64,000 bases of DNA. It comes from a virus. The position numbers and the translations under genes are program-made. The stretch lies in IMG/VR virus record IMGVR_UViG_3300044961_000667; one strand, given 5' to 3'. Positions 60,064 through 64,000 of this stretch are shown here, in pieces. The notes under the pieces were generated by a model. The model was given only the letters and a program-made list of their open reading frames with translations. It made no database searches and was not told the DNA's origin. How positions within the stretch are numbered: the stretch's first letter is position 1; every line of letters begins with the position of its first letter.

Positions 60064-60545
60064 GCCACTGCCTCCAACGTCGCCACGATGTTGGACGGCG
60101 ACGTGTCAATCGCCGCCGCCTTGGTGATCTGAATGTCCAGCAGATCACCAGCCGCGAACGCAACCGTATTGCTCAAGTCGCTTCCGTCGTTCGCCGTCGA
60201 AGCCATCGTCACCACCAGCGCCGTCGCGACACTGTTCTTACGCACGGTGTAGACGACGTTGTTGCCATTCCCAGCGCCAGTATTCTGCCTCACCCGAAGA
60301 CTACGCAACGTGCAGGCACTCGGAACGCGAAACTGGATGGCCGTGGTCGGCGCAGTCTCGTTCTCGAACGATGGCCACAGGAAGCGAGTCGTCGTCGTCG
60401 TTGCGATGCTCGCAGCTCCGAACAAAAAGAGTGCGATGGGGTTAAGCTGGGGCTCCCACCTGGCCGTGGAGGCGTTCCAGGTGAGAACCTGCTTGTCGCT
60501 CGCGCTGTCCTGCGCGATCTGCTTCGGAGCGAGCTTCCCAGCCAT
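60060..60545 (-). CDS. Small fibre-associated protein
   Basis: QVLTWNASTARWEP; VAFAAGDLLDI. Confidence 0.7.
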   Translation of the reverse strand: MAGKLAPKQIAQDSASDKQVLTWNASTARWEPQLNPIALFLFGAASIATTTTTRFLWPSFENETAPTTAIQFRVPSACTLRSLRVRQNTGAGNGNNVVYTVRKNSVATALVVTMASTANDGSDLSNTVAFAAGDLLDIQITKAAAIDTSPSNIVATLEAVA

Positions 60546-60554
60546 CGCCCCTCC

Positions 60555-62066
60555 TTAGAAGGACTCGTACAGGAAGTCGATCCGATCGGTCGCCGCCAAC
60601 TGGAAGCCAGCGACGGAACCATTCCAGCGCAACGTGTCTCCGGCGACGATGGCCGACATCGCACGCGCCGTCGTTCCTCCATCTCCAGAAAAATAGCAGT
60701 CCACCGACACCTTCGTGCCGTCGCCGACGAGGTAGTGAACACCGTTCACGCGCACTCCAACGTACCCGCCGAGGGCGTTCGCGCTGGCCACGGTGGTGGC
60801 GGTCGCCTGATCGCCATCCGACGTCGTGACGCTCGCGGTGAGGGACTTGTTCGCCGTCACCTGCCGCGGAACGCGGTGGACGTGGTCCGACCGAACGAAC
60901 GTCGTCGCAGCGCCAGCAGCGTTCGCACTGCCGACATCAACGGGCGCCGCCACTGACACCGCGTGCTGATGATCGGACCGAGCGAGCGAAGTGGCCGTCC
61001 CTTCGGCAGCCGTATTCCCAGCGGCCACCGCACCAGCCGCCGGAGCCGCCGTCGAAACGTCGTGCTTGTGGTCCGCTCGGGCCACAGTGGTAGCAGCACC
61101 CGCCGAGGCCGCTGACTTGGTGACATCCGCCGGAGCCGCGGGCGCAGGAAGCGCATGCGTGTGATCCGAACGAGCGAGCGACGTCGCAGAGCCAGCAGCC
61201 GACGCATCGCCGACTGCGATCGTACCAGCAGCAGCCGTCGTGACTGAGTGCTTGTGATCGCCGCGAGGAATCGTCTCCGCGGTGCCCGCCGAAGCTGCAG
61301 CCGCGTCGATGGCAGTGAGGCCGCCTGCCAGCGTGTAGTTGATGCTGATGTCGTTCGGGTTCGCCGACAGACCGGCGGAGCCCGCTGCGATCACCACGTC
61401 GATGGTGCTGCCAGTCTTCGTCAGACCGTTGCCAGCAGTGACCGTACCGCCGCCGGAGAACTGCGCAAACGTCAACGCCGTCGTGTTGAGAGTGATCGGA
61501 TTGTCGGTCGACAACACCCATCCCGAATCACCGTTGGTCGCGCCCTCCTCAATGAACACAAAGAGACCTGCCGTCACCTTCGCCGAAGTGTCAGCGTCAG
61601 TGGTGCGCGTCAGCGTGAAGGGAGCGCCAGCGTTACCAACCTGCGAGACGAAGTAGAGGCCGTTGTTGGCACCAGTCGCCTCGTCCTTGACCAGGATGCG
61701 GTCGTTCAGCGCGAGCGTGATGCCGTCCTGGGCCGCCAGCGCACCGTTCGCCGTGGCCGTGAGAACGTTGCCAGAACGAGTATTCGAGGGCAGCGGCCCA
61801 GTGGTGGCAACACGCATCGACTGCTTGACGTCGAGCCCCTGCGCAATCGCATCGACGTAGTTCTTCGTCGCCGCATCGGACGGGTTCGACGGGTCGACGA
61901 GGCCGGTGATCTTGAAGTTGTTGACGTTCCAATCCGCGGTGAGCGGGTTGGTGCCAGCCGCCACGAGAACGCTGGAGTCGACCTTGGCCGACGTGACCGC
62001 GTTGGGAGCGATCTTCGCCGTCGAGATGGTGTTGTCGGCAAGCTGCTTACCCTGAATCTGCGCCAT
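60555..62066 (-). CDS. Tail/head fibre protein with ARSDHxH repeats
   Basis: DAATKNYVD, DRILVKD, five R.DH.H motifs. Confidence 0.8.
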   Translation of the reverse strand: MAQIQGKQLADNTISTAKIAPNAVTSAKVDSSVLVAAGTNPLTADWNVNNFKITGLVDPSNPSDAATKNYVDAIAQGLDVKQSMRVATTGPLPSNTRSGNVLTATANGALAAQDGITLALNDRILVKDEATGANNGLYFVSQVGNAGAPFTLTRTTDADTSAKVTAGLFVFIEEGATNGDSGWVLSTDNPITLNTTALTFAQFSGGGTVTAGNGLTKTGSTIDVVIAAGSAGLSANPNDISINYTLAGGLTAIDAAAASAGTAETIPRGDHKHSVTTAAAGTIAVGDASAAGSATSLARSDHTHALPAPAAPADVTKSAASAGAATTVARADHKHDVSTAAPAAGAVAAGNTAAEGTATSLARSDHQHAVSVAAPVDVGSANAAGAATTFVRSDHVHRVPRQVTANKSLTASVTTSDGDQATATTVASANALGGYVGVRVNGVHYLVGDGTKVSVDCYFSGDGGTTARAMSAIVAGDTLRWNGSVAGFQLAATDRIDFLYESF

Positions 62067-62078
62067 TGCTGCAACCTC

Positions 62079-62606
62079 CTAGAGAGCTTCGTACTCGAAG
62101 TCGATTCTGTCGCTGCCATCCAACTGGAAGCCAGCCACCGAGCCGTTCCAGTACAGGAAGTCACCGGCAACAATCGTCCCGGTGGCTCTCGCGGTCACAC
62201 CGCCGTCACCACTGAAATAGCACGGAACCCCAGACTTGGTCCCATTCCCGACTTGGTACTCGACGCCATTCACTGAAACCGAAACCCACGACTTCAGAGG
62301 CGGAGTGCCAAGCATCGCAGTGACGCACGCCAAGCTGTTGTCTGCACCGGTCGCCAACGCCGGCATCCACTTGTTCAACGGCGTCGGCCCAGAGGCGATC
62401 AGCGCCGGAACCTTTCCCGCCGCGAAGTCTTGGTTCCACGAGCCAGGGTTCGAGCCGAAGATGACCTGCTTGAGCTGACTCAGCACGCCGTCCTGCATCT
62501 GGTCCTGATCGGCAGCCGTCGTCTCGACCACAGCAATGGCGCCGGGGCTCAGCTGATCATTCAGCGAGTCTCCCTTCCGCACCTGGCTGAGTCGGACCTT
62601 CGTCAT
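62079..62606 (-). CDS. Structural protein sharing its C-terminal domain with 60555-62066
   Basis: CYFSGDGG.TARA...IVAGD.L.WNGSVAGFQL...DRIDF.YE in both. Confidence 0.8.
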   Translation of the reverse strand: MTKVRLSQVRKGDSLNDQLSPGAIAVVETTAADQDQMQDGVLSQLKQVIFGSNPGSWNQDFAAGKVPALIASGPTPLNKWMPALATGADNSLACVTAMLGTPPLKSWVSVSVNGVEYQVGNGTKSGVPCYFSGDGGVTARATGTIVAGDFLYWNGSVAGFQLDGSDRIDFEYEAL

Positions 62607-62869
62607 CAGCTCACCCTCACGTAGTCGATGAGCAGGACATCTCCCGAGAGCGGCGGCACGAGGAGGGTGATCGACTGAAGTCCGACGTTCTCAATGTAGT
62701 CGGCGCTCGGTCCCTCTTCCTGGCGAACGCCGTTCCGAAAGAGCTTCGTTGAGCCCGTCTTGAACTGGAAGAACGTCGTGAACGTCACGTTCACACCGTT
62801 GACGAGGCCGCCGGGGACCTCGTTGTGCACCGGCTCCTGAAGGAGACCAAAGCGAACCTCTACAGCCAT
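62606..62869 (-). CDS. Small beta-rich structural protein
   Basis: NEVPGGLVNGVNVTFT...RNGVRQ...DY...GDVLLIDY. Confidence 0.7.
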   Translation of the reverse strand: MAVEVRFGLLQEPVHNEVPGGLVNGVNVTFTTFFQFKTGSTKLFRNGVRQEEGPSADYIENVGLQSITLLVPPLSGDVLLIDYVRVS

Positions 62870-62875
62870 GGCGGC

Positions 62876-63178
62876 TCACCCCTTCAGTTCACGGTTGAGC
62901 AGCTCGGCGAGTCGCTTCCGGCGCTCGGCACCGTTCTCGATCTTCTTCACCTCTTCGAGTTGAGCCTTCTTCTCGACGGACTCCGTCTGCGCCTTCGCCT
63001 TCTCCAACATGGCCTGCGTGTCCGCGTCTCGGATGGCGTCCTTCGCCTTCTCGATCGCGAGATCGACACCGCGTCCACGCGGCCCGAGCACCAGCTTCAG
63101 GATGAAGCCGAGCAGGACGATGGCAATCAAAGCCACCATCCACCACCACTTCTTCAGCGTGGCGAGCCAGGCTTCCAT
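62876..63178 (-). CDS. N-terminal TM plus coiled coil (i-spanin-like)
   Basis: KKWWWMVALIAIVLLGFIL followed by charged helix. Confidence 0.6.
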   Translation of the reverse strand: MEAWLATLKKWWWMVALIAIVLLGFILKLVLGPRGRGVDLAIEKAKDAIRDADTQAMLEKAKAQTESVEKKAQLEEVKKIENGAERRKRLAELLNRELKG

Positions 63179-63182
63179 CGGA

Positions 63183-63545
63183 TCACCAGGCCCAGACCCT
63201 GACGGTGGCCGCGCCACCGTTCTGCTTGAAGTAGATCTCCTTCTCGCGCATGCCCACGAAGGAGAGCAGCCCGTCGGTCGACTTGATCGTGCCGTGCACC
63301 GTCGTCCCGTCGAAGCTGTAGTCGGCGTTGCCCGAGTCAGCGCGCATCATCACGCCCTGGCTCTTCGTCAGCTTCGTCCCCTGGACCGTCCCGTCGAACG
63401 GATCCGTCTCGGCAGGGTTGATCGTCGGGTCGACGAACGGAACGTACGAGTTCGCGTCGGTCTTGCTGAAGGCCACGGGCGTCGTCAAGGTCTTGAAGAC
63501 CCGGAGCGACTTGTGGCCCTGGCTCTGCGGGGTGGCAACGGTCAT
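63183..63545 (-). CDS. Hypothetical structural protein
   Basis: ORF with RBS; YSFDGTTVHG. Confidence 0.65.
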   Translation of the reverse strand: MTVATPQSQGHKSLRVFKTLTTPVAFSKTDANSYVPFVDPTINPAETDPFDGTVQGTKLTKSQGVMMRADSGNADYSFDGTTVHGTIKSTDGLLSFVGMREKEIYFKQNGGAATVRVWAW

Positions 63546-63754
63546 TCTCTATCTCCGGCTCATCAGCTGTTTCGCTGAACGTACTCTCCAAACGCCTTCG
63601 CGACGACCTCAGAGACCGAAATCTTCTTCGACTGAGCGTGCTTTTCCAACACCTCGAACGCCTTCTGGGGCACCAGAACTACCACGAAGCCGTCCTGCCG
63701 AGCCAGACTGTCGAGGGACACCGGAGCTGGCACTTCAGTCGCCTTGGCCATCGA

Positions 63755-64000
63755 TCACCTGCTCAGTTTCTTGGCTCCATAGGTGCTGGCAGTGGTCGCC
63801 AGCCCAGCCCGACCCACGAACTTGACGCGACCGCCGACCTGCACGGTCTCCATGAACGAAAGCCCCAGCTCGACCAGCCGAGGCGTCCCGTCAGGGAACC
63901 ACATGCGGTAACCCACGTCGCACTTCGTCATCACGCACTCCATCGACGGCAGCTTTCCTGGACCCAGGATCGTGTTCGGCAAGTAGAGCAACAGCTTGCT
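63755..64000 (-). CDS. Partial contractile-tail tube/initiator-like protein (C-terminal part)
   Basis: CVMTKCDVGY..WFPDGTPRLVELGLSFME; runs off the window. Confidence 0.6.
   Translation of the reverse strand, partial: SKLLLYLPNTILGPGKLPSMECVMTKCDVGYRMWFPDGTPRLVELGLSFMETVQVGGRVKFVGRAGLATTASTYGAKKLSR

Noticed and set aside
60555..62300. Diversity-generating retroelement (TR/VR) in duplicated fibre C-termini
   Set aside because: Both copies are coding, differences are not adenine-specific, and no reverse transcriptase is in the window

Overview
A 64-kb segment of a high-GC, myovirus-like large (probably jumbo) phage genome, coded almost entirely on the minus strand. The tmRNA tag (ANDNVEAAPMLAAA) and a single-domain response regulator suggest a myxobacterial-type host (inference). 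Layout: 1-31.8 kb is small accessory ORFs behind sigma70-like promoters; 31.8-41.8 kb is a translation module (Pth2-like gene, tmRNA, 39 assignable tRNAs covering all 20 amino acids, several tRNA-like RNAs); 41.8-64 kb is virion genes. Main observations: (1) Seven free-standing endonuclease genes from four families (HNH, PD-(D/E)XK, GIY-YIG, EndoVII) each sit inside a target gene (four tRNA or tRNA-like genes, three protein genes) next to a sequence-diverged replacement copy or half of that gene, a 'cut-and-patch' homing architecture. (2) The tRNA operon leader looks like a ribosome-dependent attenuator whose peptide contains all 20 amino acids. (3) A Lys-rich mini-ORF and a hairpin could gate maturation of tRNA-Lys(UUU). 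(4) A small protein ending PPVTGG is coupled to a partner with an E2-like Cys motif. (5) A 15-bp palindromic motif occurs seven times. Several homopolymer frameshifts point to consensus errors, so single-base claims need read support. Family assignments are from motif recognition by eye, not database searches.
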